Positions 9,801 to 18,028 of a stretch of DNA of 64,000 nt are shown here, one piece after another. The translations under genes were made by a program, and so were the position numbers. Source of the DNA: Candidatus Latescibacterota bacterium (GTDB lineage Bacteria > Latescibacterota > UBA2968 > UBA8231); NCBI GenBank assembly GCA_965203175.1, contig OZ241867.1, positions 4,128,001 through 4,192,000 of the forward strand, in the 5' to 3' direction. How positions within the stretch are numbered: position 1 is the stretch's first letter; every line of letters begins with the position of its first letter. The notes below the pieces were generated by a model. That model searched no databases and was not told the origin of the DNA. It was given only the letters and a program-made list of their open reading frames with translations.

Positions 9801-12038
9801 AAAGGTCTAGCGGTATTCCGTCCGGCTATGACTATCCGGCTAGCCGAAGAAAGACGCCGCTTTACCAAGACCGACTTTGAGCTGCTTGAACTCCACTACA
9901 AGGGGCAGGTACTGCAAATCCACGTGATGAAGGAGTTCGCTGAGCGGGGCTGCGAGGCCATAACCGAGGTCATGCTTATGGCCATGGACTACTTCAGCCT
10001 AACAGAGGAGGAATTCCTCCGCCGTTGGATGCCAGATCGGGACAAGGAGACTGCGCGGCAGACCACGCCCGAATCGTGGCGAGACATCGTCGAAAGCCTG
10101 AATAATCGCACCCAACAAGCCATCGTCGCGGATGATCGAAAGCAGACAAACGTGTTGGTGCTCGCTGGTCCCGGCTCCGGTAAGACGCGAGTGCTAGTGC
10201 ATCGTATCGCCTACCTCGTGCGCGTAAAGCGCGAAAATCCTCGCGGCATCCTAGCCTTGGCCTACAACCGGCACGCAGCGGTCGAGATACGGCGACGCCT
10301 CATGGATTTGATCGGCGACGATGCCCGTGGGGTAACCGTGCTTACTTGTCACGCGCTGGCCATGCGATTGGTCGGCGTCAGTTTCCAGGAGCGGGAAAGG
10401 AAGCAACTTGACGACGGTGCATTTCGGGAGGTGTTGCGCCAAGCAGTGGCACTATTGCGCGGCGAGGGTCTGGAGCCGGAGGAAGCAGACGATCAGCGGG
10501 AGCGGCTCCTCGCGGGTTTCCGCTGGATACTCGTGGACGAATACCAAGACATTGGTGCGGATCAATACGAGTTGATATCGGCCTTGGCTGGACGGACCCT
10601 GAAAGATGAGGATCGCAAGCTCACGCTCTTCGCAGTAGGCGACGACGATCAGAACATTTACGCCTTCAACGGTGCTTCGGTGGAGTTCATCCGCCGTTTC
10701 GAAGAGGATTACGGGCCGAAGCCCTCCTACCTGATCGACAACTACCGTTCCACTAGCCACATCATTACAGCGGCCAATGAGTTGATCGAGCCAGCTCGAC
10801 AGCGGATGAAAACTGGACATCCTATCAGCATCGACCGGGCGCGTACGAAGAATCCGCCCGGCGGCGACTGGAGTGAACTGGATTCGGTCGCTCAAGGTCG
10901 GGTGCAGATTCTGCCAGCATCCCTCGACCCAAGCTCCCAAGCGCAGGTTGCGATGATGGAGTTGCAGCGCCTCGCCGCCCTCTCACCGGACTGGGACTGG
11001 TCCAAGTGCGCGGTGATCGCACGCGAATGGAAGTATCTGGATCCGGTACGTGCTTTCTGCGAAGTCCACCGTATCCCGGTGCAGATGGGGAATGAAGAAA
11101 TCCCGAGCTTTTGGTTCCTGCGAGAAACTCGAACGTTTGTTGAATGGCTGCGTGGACGGGAAACCCGGACCGTGGGCAGTGCTGATTTGAGAGGTTGGCT
11201 GGATGCGCAAACGCCGGGCCTATGGAATGACCTGCTACGGCAAGCCTTGGACGAGTTCTCCCTAGAAACTAGCGACGCGGAAATGCCGGTGGATCACTTC
11301 ATCGAGTGGTTGGCCGAGTGGGGACGAGACGTACGCCGCCGCCAGCGCGGGCTCTTGCTGTTGACCGCGCACCGCGCCAAAGGATTGGAGTTTGATCACG
11401 TGGCCGTGCTCGATGGAGGCTGGAACAATGTCGATAGGGGCGAGGACCCGGATGCGCCGCGTAGGCTCTACTACGTGGCCATGACACGCGCCCGGCAGAC
11501 CCTTGCGCTCGTGCGTTTTCAAGGATCGCGCCCCGCCGGAGGTAGCACCCTGCCTGATTTCGTAAAAGAGCCTGAACCTCCGGCGTACTCGGGGCGCTCG
11601 CACTCGCTGCCATATACATTTCCGAACAACGGCTCGGTTTTGCGCCGCACATCCGATGGCTTGCAGCCGGAAACCCCGGAACTCTCACGCCAATATCGGC
11701 GGCCTAGTCTGCGCGAGGTCAATCTGGGCTTCGCGGGACGTTTCTATGCCAACCATCCGCGGCATCGTGCGATTGCCGCTCTGTCGTCCGGCGATCAGCT
11801 AGAAACGCGAATTACCAAAAATGGATATTGGGAATTGCTGAACCGGTCGGGGATGGTGGTAGGGCGTCTTGCCCAAGCGTTTGAACCCCCACCGGGAACG
11901 CGGTGCAGGTCCGCCACGGTCTTCGCCGTCGTGGCTTGGAGCCGCGAAGCGTCGGAGCCTCAGTACCGGGACAGCGCGAAATGCGATGCTTGGGAGGTTG
12001 TGGTACCGGAGCTAGTGTTCGAGCCAGAGGGCGAGTAA
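6843..12038 (+). CDS. Multidomain helicase: N-terminal DEDD-type exonuclease-like domain + RecQ helicase + UvrD-like SF1 helicase
   Basis: LDLEV...GHNLIDFDL...DTL; PTGTGKS, DEAHCLSKWGHDFRPDY, QEAGRAGRD (RecQ); AGPGSGKT, VDEYQD, VGDDDQNIY, HRAKGLEFD, YYVAMTRAR (UvrD). Confidence 0.9.
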   Translation: MNMDSNFSSRCLSLDLEVGKQDCRIHAFAAVRPDVDQPLVFQGGDLAAALTELDKFADGADFLLGHNLIDFDLPHLKAAKPDLRLLKLPAVDTLRLNPLAFPRNPYHHLVKHYQDGQLKRGRRNDPELDARIALEIFDNQQTALRDALLGLLAAWHWLTGTGPDGEGFDAVFTSIRYAPRPTDAVAKAAIHERLAGIACQNRGRDVFDNVAQSGWPLAYALAWLSVSGGNSVMPRWVRHQFPEADKLIRRLRDMPCDEADCGWCRERHDARKELKRWFGFDDFRPEPKDMDKQQPMQQSIVEAAMAGEHVLGILPTGTGKSLCYQIPALSRYYKTGALTVVISPLVALMADQVAGLEAHRIDSCVAINGLLSMPERADALDRVRLGDAGILIISPEQLRNRSLRRAFDQREIGAWVLDEAHCLSKWGHDFRPDYRYVGRFICEKAGQDPIPPVLCLTATAKPDVVEDIKQHFRDELDVGLKVFDGGAHRTNLEFIVVPTTAEEKFSRIHQILMADLPPDASGGAIVYCMTRRRTEEIVDFLQDKEVAADFFHAGLPPETKKSVQQRFIDGKLRVIAATNAFGMGIDKPDVRLVIHADIPGSLENYMQEAGRAGRDREMARCVLLYATDDVERQFGLSARSRLTQEEISGVLKALRNLDQKNQKKRLNGEVVATAGEILGEDEEKVFERDSATDDTRVRTAISWLEEAVLLTREENQVQVLPSSLRVDSVKEARSRLAKASVAHDYRQRLLKIAETLIDADPDEGISTDELMGVSGLSAEGVRGALYDLEELDIASNEMALTAFVHAGIVRSSQKRFDEAAELEAALIAQMREAAPDMGKGDTWPLHLRFAAQTLRDQGVADPLPERLRRILRSIAYDGRGEGGDAGSIGVQQRDAETMQVTLRREWSALEEFASRRRDGAKFLLAHLLACLPPRSKGMDLLAKTTLGKLLEVIKSDLFLNRKSTNPDKLLDRALLWLHEQEVIRLNKGLAVFRPAMTIRLAEERRRFTKTDFELLELHYKGQVLQIHVMKEFAERGCEAITEVMLMAMDYFSLTEEEFLRRWMPDRDKETARQTTPESWRDIVESLNNRTQQAIVADDRKQTNVLVLAGPGSGKTRVLVHRIAYLVRVKRENPRGILALAYNRHAAVEIRRRLMDLIGDDARGVTVLTCHALAMRLVGVSFQERERKQLDDGAFREVLRQAVALLRGEGLEPEEADDQRERLLAGFRWILVDEYQDIGADQYELISALAGRTLKDEDRKLTLFAVGDDDQNIYAFNGASVEFIRRFEEDYGPKPSYLIDNYRSTSHIITAANELIEPARQRMKTGHPISIDRARTKNPPGGDWSELDSVAQGRVQILPASLDPSSQAQVAMMELQRLAALSPDWDWSKCAVIAREWKYLDPVRAFCEVHRIPVQMGNEEIPSFWFLRETRTFVEWLRGRETRTVGSADLRGWLDAQTPGLWNDLLRQALDEFSLETSDAEMPVDHFIEWLAEWGRDVRRRQRGLLLLTAHRAKGLEFDHVAVLDGGWNNVDRGEDPDAPRRLYYVAMTRARQTLALVRFQGSRPAGGSTLPDFVKEPEPPAYSGRSHSLPYTFPNNGSVLRRTSDGLQPETPELSRQYRRPSLREVNLGFAGRFYANHPRHRAIAALSSGDQLETRITKNGYWELLNRSGMVVGRLAQAFEPPPGTRCRSATVFAVVAWSREASEPQYRDSAKCDAWEVVVPELVFEPEGE

Positions 12039-12126
12039 TTCGACGGTAACTCAGGGGAAACTACTGGAAGCAGAACTTAGCTTGTAATCTCGGAAACGTC
12101 TGTGCGTTCCGCCAACGAAACCATCC

Positions 12127-12444
12127 TTATGCACTTTGCCTGCCCTTTCCGCCCCTATCTTCAAGCCACTTCTTTAGAGATTCGGGACTCTCACCCGAAC
12201 GGTATCCCTCCAGAATACCTTCAGCAGTCAGATCTTCATCCAAATCCGGCCAGTGAACATAAGCACCATCGCCAAAAATCTCATAATGATCGCGCTCCTG
12301 TGGCGTACCGTACCAAAGACGAGGATACCACATCAGAGGCACACTGATCGTTCGTCCGTCAACTATCTCCAAAGTCAGTGTATCATCGCTGATCTGCACA
12401 CTTTGAGCACGCACTTCTCTCTTGTTATTGTCCAAAGAACTCAT
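12127..12444 (-). CDS. DUF2442 domain protein (putative antitoxin)
   Basis: DGRTISVPLMWYPRL...HWPDLDEDL pattern; ATG at 12444 overlaps the upstream DUF4160 gene. Confidence 0.8.
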   Translation of the reverse strand: MSSLDNNKREVRAQSVQISDDTLTLEIVDGRTISVPLMWYPRLWYGTPQERDHYEIFGDGAYVHWPDLDEDLTAEGILEGYRSGESPESLKKWLEDRGGKGRQSA

Positions 12445-12661
12445 GCCATCTCTCCAAGAATAATTCACGATGTGTTTCAACCAATTTTGCAATTCGGTTT
12501 AATTCAGCACGGTTAAAACCGCCAGTTTGTTGAAGTGAAATAGGATCAAGCCAGAATTTTGCAACGCAATTATCACGTCTTATGTGAATATGCGGTGGTT
12601 CTCCACGATCCAGAGACAAAAAGAAAAACCGGTATGGACCTTCAAACAGAATAGTTGGCAT
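12425..12661 (-). CDS. DUF4160 domain protein (putative toxin partner of DUF2442)
   Basis: MPTI...YRFFF...EPPHIHI...AKFWL...FLERWHEFF, typical of the family; adjacent to DUF2442. Confidence 0.85.
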   Translation of the reverse strand: MPTILFEGPYRFFFLSLDRGEPPHIHIRRDNCVAKFWLDPISLQQTGGFNRAELNRIAKLVETHRELFLERWHEFFGQ

Positions 12662-12718
12662 CCAATCCTTTCGCGATCAGTATCAACATGCCCCTCGTTT
12701 TAATAGGCGGTCGGCTGG

Positions 12719-13015
12719 TTAGCCGCTGGTTAGTTTGGTCCACAATTGTAGCAAAATCACCACAACGCCCAACACGGCGATCCCCCCCTGTAATTGGTTC
12801 AAGCCCTTTCTAACTTCCTTTATCTGACTCGTGAATTCCTTGCTCAACTCGGCTTTGAGTTCGGTTATATCGGTCTTGAGCTCGGCTTTGAGTTCGGCCA
12901 TATCAGTCTTGAGCTCGGCTTTGAGTTCGGCCATATCGGCCTTGGTAGCGAGGTGATTGTACACGCCTTCGAGCTTGGCTAGACGCTCTTCGGGGGTTAA
13001 AGGGGAATTGGTCAT
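12719..13015 (-). CDS. Small coiled-coil protein with C-terminal TM helix (DUF1640/CCDC90-like)
   Basis: HLATKADMAELKAELKTD repeats followed by hydrophobic GIAVLGVVVILLQLW; ATG at 13015 downstream of a GGAG. Confidence 0.7.
   Translation of the reverse strand: MTNSPLTPEERLAKLEGVYNHLATKADMAELKAELKTDMAELKAELKTDITELKAELSKEFTSQIKEVRKGLNQLQGGIAVLGVVVILLQLWTKLTSG
12848..12946. repeat. 3 x 33-bp tandem repeat encoding 11-aa coiled-coil units
   Basis: ctcggctttgagttcgg(tt/cc)atatc(g/a)g(t/c)cttg.. units start at 12848, 12881 and 12914. Confidence 0.9.
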
Positions 13016-13200
13016 AGCAGGCTGTTGTCTCCTTGGGTTGGAAGGTACAGGATGGCGTGGAGCGGTGTCAATGCGCCTGAGATTAGAAGAGCAATATCCG
13101 TGCCCGTTCAAGGCATAGTACTCGCGTGGTAAGGTTGACATCGCGTAGGCCAGCGGCCTTATTTGCGCCCTCCAACCAAATAGCCAAAGGAGCCTGAGAA

Positions 13201-13752
13201 ATGCCGGATGTTATCGTCGTCGGAGATGGGCCGGGTGGATTGAGCGCCGCGCTCTTTCTTGCCAAAAACGACATGAGCGTCACTGTCTTTGGCCAAGACA
13301 AGACCCTCATGCACAAGGCCATGCTGTACAATTATTTGGGCATTCCCAAGATCGCCGGACCTGAGTTCCAGCAGATCGGTCGCGAGCAGGTGCGCGGCTT
13401 TGGCGGGGAGATTCAGGACGTCGAAGTCAGTAGCGTTGAAAAGGGCGAGGGGGGGTTTGTCGTCGAAACCGCTGATGGCCAAAGCCATCAGTCTCAATAT
13501 CTGATCTTGGTTACCGGGCCGAGCAACCCGCTGGCCGAAAGCTTGGGCGTGGCCAAAGAAGCCGATGGGTTGGCGGCCGATCGCAATGGACGCACTTCGG
13601 TCGAAGGGCTATACGTCCTTGGCTGGAGCACCCGCCTGAAGAAGATCCAAGCCATTATCTCTGCCGGCGACGGGGCCTGCGCCGCGCTGGACATCCTCTC
13701 GGCTAAAGCCGGCGAGGATATCCACGACTTCGATCTGATCGAAGACGAGTAG
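13201..13752 (+). CDS. Small FAD-dependent oxidoreductase (thioredoxin-reductase-like)
   Basis: DVIVVGDGPGGLSAA, TSVEGLY, QAIISAGDG. Confidence 0.85.
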   Translation: MPDVIVVGDGPGGLSAALFLAKNDMSVTVFGQDKTLMHKAMLYNYLGIPKIAGPEFQQIGREQVRGFGGEIQDVEVSSVEKGEGGFVVETADGQSHQSQYLILVTGPSNPLAESLGVAKEADGLAADRNGRTSVEGLYVLGWSTRLKKIQAIISAGDGACAALDILSAKAGEDIHDFDLIEDE

Positions 13753-13753
13753 G

Positions 13754-14716
13754 CTAAAGCGAGACGACGCGCCCTTCTATGGCGGATTGGGTGGCCGCGA
13801 GCGTCACGGCTAAGGTTTTGACCGCCTCTGCGTAGTCGCAGCGGATGCATGAGGCATCGCCGGTTTGCACGGCTTGGAGAAAGGCGCGATCCTCCGCTTG
13901 CGTTGGATTGTTGCCCTGTTCGACAACTTCTCGGCCGCTGGGGCGGTCGATGGTGAGTGCGCCGGATGCGATGCGCAGGACTTGGTCTTTCTGGTAGAGA
14001 TCCAAGCCCACGTGCCCGCCCGCGGATAGCATACAAGCCGAGGTAATGCTGGCCACTGCGCCGCTTTGGAAGCGGAGATTGGTGACGGAGGCGTCGTGGA
14101 CATCGTAGTTGGGGACGTCTTCCATCAGGCCGGTGCGCGCCATGGCGTGGACGCTCTCCACCTCGCCGAGTAAGTAGCGGGCCAAGTCGAAGATGTGCGT
14201 GGTTTGTTCGACGATCTGGCCGCCGCTTTCGGCCAACACCCGCCACCAAGACACTCCGGGCATGCCGCCGGTCCAAGCGCCGAGGGCAAAACCCACTTGC
14301 TCGTCGCCGAGGAGTTCGATTGCTTTGGCGGTCGTATCCATGTAGCGCCAGTGATAGCCCACGGCGCTGATAAGATTTTGGGTGCGGAGAGCCGCTTTCA
14401 CGGCGCGGGCTTGTTCCAGGGAAGTCGCCACGGGTTTTTCCACGAAAATGGGCAAGCCGCGCTCAATGGCCGCTAGCTCGGGTTGCGCATGGGCAAAAGG
14501 CGGCAGGCAGATATAGACCGCGTCTAGGGACTCGCTGTCGTACAGGGCCTCGTAGTGGCTGTAGGCCTTGCCACCGTACTCGCTGGCTGCGGCGAGCGCC
14601 TTTTCTTCGACTACGTCGCAAAAGGCAACAAGCTCGGCCTCGTCGAGCTGGGTGAGAGTGCGTAGGTGGTGGTTGGCGATGCCACCCGTGCCGACAAAGC
14701 CGATTCTGACCGTCAT
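13754..14716 (-). CDS. Gfo/Idh/MocA family oxidoreductase
   Basis: IGFVGTGGIA, FVEKP, EQTTHIFD. Confidence 0.9.
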   Translation of the reverse strand: MTVRIGFVGTGGIANHHLRTLTQLDEAELVAFCDVVEEKALAAASEYGGKAYSHYEALYDSESLDAVYICLPPFAHAQPELAAIERGLPIFVEKPVATSLEQARAVKAALRTQNLISAVGYHWRYMDTTAKAIELLGDEQVGFALGAWTGGMPGVSWWRVLAESGGQIVEQTTHIFDLARYLLGEVESVHAMARTGLMEDVPNYDVHDASVTNLRFQSGAVASITSACMLSAGGHVGLDLYQKDQVLRIASGALTIDRPSGREVVEQGNNPTQAEDRAFLQAVQTGDASCIRCDYAEAVKTLAVTLAATQSAIEGRVVSL

Positions 14717-14796
14717 AGCGACCTCCTTTTCCAGAGAATTACAATGATGGGCAAGGTGTTATACAGCGCGGCGCAGCCGCTGTCAAGCTGAGTACC

Positions 14797-16302
14797 ATGG
14801 CTGGACAGGATCGACAGGGTGGACGAGGTCGGCTGACTCGCAAGATTGGCGTCGTAGCTGCTGGCCGCGCGGCCAATACCGCTAGTCTCATAGCCATCTA
14901 TGCGCTGGTCGCCCGCGCTTGGACTGCGGAAGAATGCGGGCTCTTTATGGCGGTTTGGGTGGTGGGCAACGCGCTGATCCCGGTGTTTTTGCTCGGGCTG
15001 CCCACGAGTTTGCTCTACTTCTTTCCGCGGCGGAGCGAACCGCGCTTACTCGTCGGTCAAGTACTGCTGTGTTTGGCTGCGTCGGGTTTGATATTGGCTG
15101 GATGCCTGTGGTTGTGGGGGCCGCAGTTGGCCGGTGTGTTGGTGCAAGAAGGCGGCGATAGCGAGCAGGTTGCCGCGTACCTGCTGCCGTTTTTGCCCTA
15201 TCTCTTTGCGGTGATCGCCGCTGGTGGGGCTGAAACGGCCTTGGTGGCCGCCGACCGCGAGCACTACTTGGCTTGGCTGCAACTGGCTATGGGTGGCGCA
15301 TTAGTCACCGGTGCGGGGGGCGCTCTATGGCTGGGCTGGACGCCCGAGCAGGTGCTGGCGCTGTTTTCGGGGTTGGGCGTGTTGCGCTTGCTCGCCATCT
15401 GCGGACTGGTGCGCTTGGCGTTGGGGGGTGGGCGCTGGTGGGAATGGGAAGGATTGGGTGAGTTGATGCGCTATACGCGTCCAGTTGGCTTCAACGACGC
15501 AGTAGGTAGCCTCTCGCGCTACGTCGATCGCTTTGTGGTAATGCACTTATTCGCGGCTGGCGCGTTTGCCGAGTACAATTTTGGGGCTATTGAGGTGCCG
15601 ATCAGCCTGCTGCTGTCGGCGGTGACAGCCGTGTTGATCCCGGAAGTCAGCCGGTTCTTCCAAGAGGGCCAGCTCGATGAAATACTGGCGCTGTGGCAGC
15701 GCGCGGTCTCTCGTCTAGCCCTGTTGGTGTTGCCGCTGGCGGCCTTCTTGCTCGCTTTTGCTGGGTCGCTGATCGGTTGGCTCTTCCCGGAATACGACCG
15801 CTCGGCTTGGGTCTTCCGCATCTATCTATTGGTGTTGCCGCTGCGCTGTGCCGCGTACAGTCCGCTGCTGGTGGGCATGGGCAAGGCGCGCTGGGCGCTG
15901 TGGGGTAGCGTGGGGGATCTGTGTTGCAATATCGGCTTGAGCTTGGTGCTCGTTGCCTATTTGCAGGCAGCGCATCCCGAGTGGGCCTTCCTCGGCCCGG
16001 CCGTGGCTACCACACTGGTGACGTACTTACAAGTAGCCTTCTTATTGGTGGCTATTGGCTGGCACTTGCGCTGTGGCTGGTATCGGCTCATGCCTTGGGG
16101 CCGCTTGCTGAGGATCGGCGCAGGAGCCGGGGCGGCCGCTGTGGTCTGCCGTTGGGTTAGCGCGGACTTGGGCGGCGACCTTTTGCAGGTGGCTGTAGGA
16201 GGGATGTGCTTTGTGGTGCTGATTGGTGCCCTGACTTGGGCCTACCCACAAGACCGGGCGGAACTGACCCACACTTGGCGGGCGTTGACGCGGATGCGTT
16301 AA
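14797..16302 (+). CDS. MOP-superfamily oligosaccharide flippase / polysaccharide biosynthesis membrane protein
   Basis: About 12-14 hydrophobic segments; LGLPTSLLYF and YVDRFVV...EYNFGA patterns. Confidence 0.75.
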   Translation: MAGQDRQGGRGRLTRKIGVVAAGRAANTASLIAIYALVARAWTAEECGLFMAVWVVGNALIPVFLLGLPTSLLYFFPRRSEPRLLVGQVLLCLAASGLILAGCLWLWGPQLAGVLVQEGGDSEQVAAYLLPFLPYLFAVIAAGGAETALVAADREHYLAWLQLAMGGALVTGAGGALWLGWTPEQVLALFSGLGVLRLLAICGLVRLALGGGRWWEWEGLGELMRYTRPVGFNDAVGSLSRYVDRFVVMHLFAAGAFAEYNFGAIEVPISLLLSAVTAVLIPEVSRFFQEGQLDEILALWQRAVSRLALLVLPLAAFLLAFAGSLIGWLFPEYDRSAWVFRIYLLVLPLRCAAYSPLLVGMGKARWALWGSVGDLCCNIGLSLVLVAYLQAAHPEWAFLGPAVATTLVTYLQVAFLLVAIGWHLRCGWYRLMPWGRLLRIGAGAGAAAVVCRWVSADLGGDLLQVAVGGMCFVVLIGALTWAYPQDRAELTHTWRALTRMR

Positions 16303-16586
16303 TCGCTGAGCAGGGCGCTGGCGATCTCCTCCCATTCTTCGGCCAGCGACGCCTCGCTGTGCGGCTTGTGCGCCCGCCGGTACCAATATCCAGCATTGCT
16401 TTCGTCGCCTTCGACCCGGTGCAAATAAGCGTGGACCCAAGCTCCGACGGGGTCGGGTACTTGCTGGGCTAGCTCGTGGGCTTTGTCCCATTCGCCCTTG
16501 GCATCGTACCAGAGGGCTTGCAGGGCTTGGGAGGTCTCCGGTGGGGTCTGTTCTTGCAGGCTCAATTTGAAGGCTTTGAGGTCCAT
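16299..16586 (-). CDS. Conserved small hypothetical protein
   Basis: ALWYDAKGEWDKAHELAQ...WVHAYLHRVEGDESNAGYWYRRA, a recognisable widespread family. Confidence 0.75.
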   Translation of the reverse strand: MDLKAFKLSLQEQTPPETSQALQALWYDAKGEWDKAHELAQQVPDPVGAWVHAYLHRVEGDESNAGYWYRRAHKPHSEASLAEEWEEIASALLSD

Positions 16587-16734
16587 AACGGTAGGCTCCA
16601 ATCGTCGTGTGTCCCCTTAATATAGGGTGTCTCGGTGCGGCTATCCACCGAGGCGCGCACCTTGCCAAAAAAGCGCGTCGCCCTCTATATTTAAAACTTT
16701 TAACTTGATGCGAAACAAGGAATTGGGCAAAGAC

Positions 16735-18027
16735 ATGCCAGTAGGAGTGGGATTGATCGGTTTGGGCACGGTCGGCAGTGGCGTGGTCGAACTGTTGCAG
16801 GATGCACCCGCGTCGCTACGGCGGCGCAAGCACGTGGATTTCGCATTGCAGCGCGTGGCGGTGCGCGACTTGGACAAGCCGCGCAGCCCCGCCCTAGCAC
16901 CGGAGCTGTTGACCGCGGATGCCGACGCGGTGGTAGCCGACCCGGATGTGCAACTAGTGGTGGAACTAACCGGTGCCCCCCCGGCCTTTGAGTGGGTGAG
17001 CGAGGCCCTGCGACAGGGCAAGGATGTGGTGACGGCCAACAAAGCCCTGCTCGCCGAGCGGGGCGAGGAACTTTTTGAATTGGCGCTGGCCAATGGGGCG
17101 GATTTGATGTTTGAAGCCAGCGTCGCGGCCGGCATCCCGATCATTCGCTCGTTGCGCAACGGCTTGGTCGCCAATCGGGTCGAGTCCCTGTACGGCATTC
17201 TCAACGGCACGACCAACTACATGCTCACGCGCATGAGCCGCGGTGCGGGTGACTACGACGACGTCCTCAAAGAGGCTCAAGACCAAGGCTACGCCGAGCC
17301 GGACCCGACTATGGACGTGAGCGGCATGGATGCCGCGCAGAAGTTGGCCATTCTCTGCCGCATTGCCTTTCACTGCACGGGCACGGGCCGCGACGTATTT
17401 TGCGAAGGCATCGAGGAGATCGAGAGCCGGGACATTGAATACGCTCGCGAGTTGGGGTATGGGATCAAATTGTTGGCTATTGCCAAGCAGCAGGACGGGC
17501 GCGTCGAGGCCCGGGTGCATCCGGCTATGGTACCGGAGGACGCGCTGTTGGCCAACATCCACGACGAATTCAACGCCATTCAGGTGCAGGGGTCTGCGGT
17601 GGGGCCGCAAGTGTTTTCCGGTCGCGGGGCCGGGCGGCTGCCCACGGCCAGCGCGGTGGTGGCGGATATGGTCGAGTTGGTCGAGCGCAAGGCGGCCGGT
17701 GCCAGCACGTCCATCGGCGATATGATCTTGGGCGAAGATGCTGTCTCGGTCGTACCAATTGAGGACGTGCAGATGCGCTACTTTATCCGCGTCTTAGTCC
17801 GCGACCAGCCCGGGGTGCTCGCGGGTATTGCGCGCATTTTGGCCGAGGAGCGCATCAGCATTGCCTCGGTCATCCAAAAGGAGCGCGACTTCGAGGGTGG
17901 CTCAGTGCCGTTGGTCATTGTCACCCACGAGGCGCGCGAAGCCGCGATGCAGCGGGCGCAGCAGGCCGTGGCCACTCTCGACGCCGTGCAGGGTGCGGTC
18001 AAGCTCATTCGCATGGAGGATCTCTAG
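16735..18027 (+). CDS. hom: Homoserine dehydrogenase with C-terminal ACT domain
   Basis: GLGTVGSGV, VVTANKA, FEASVAAGIP, GILNGTTNY, GYAEPDP, GAGRLPTASAV; start could be a few codons earlier. Confidence 0.95.
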   Translation: MPVGVGLIGLGTVGSGVVELLQDAPASLRRRKHVDFALQRVAVRDLDKPRSPALAPELLTADADAVVADPDVQLVVELTGAPPAFEWVSEALRQGKDVVTANKALLAERGEELFELALANGADLMFEASVAAGIPIIRSLRNGLVANRVESLYGILNGTTNYMLTRMSRGAGDYDDVLKEAQDQGYAEPDPTMDVSGMDAAQKLAILCRIAFHCTGTGRDVFCEGIEEIESRDIEYARELGYGIKLLAIAKQQDGRVEARVHPAMVPEDALLANIHDEFNAIQVQGSAVGPQVFSGRGAGRLPTASAVVADMVELVERKAAGASTSIGDMILGEDAVSVVPIEDVQMRYFIRVLVRDQPGVLAGIARILAEERISIASVIQKERDFEGGSVPLVIVTHEAREAAMQRAQQAVATLDAVQGAVKLIRMEDL

Positions 18028-18028
18028 C

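Noticed and set aside
12848-12946. 33-bp repeats as a possible CRISPR array
   Set aside because: Units are contiguous with no spacers, are in-frame coding repeats, and no cas genes are present.
16651-16666. AGGCGCGCACCTTGCC, a GG-N10-GC pattern upstream of hom
   Set aside because: Poor match to the sigma54 consensus; better explained by an overlapping sigma70-like TTGCCA-N18-TATATT.
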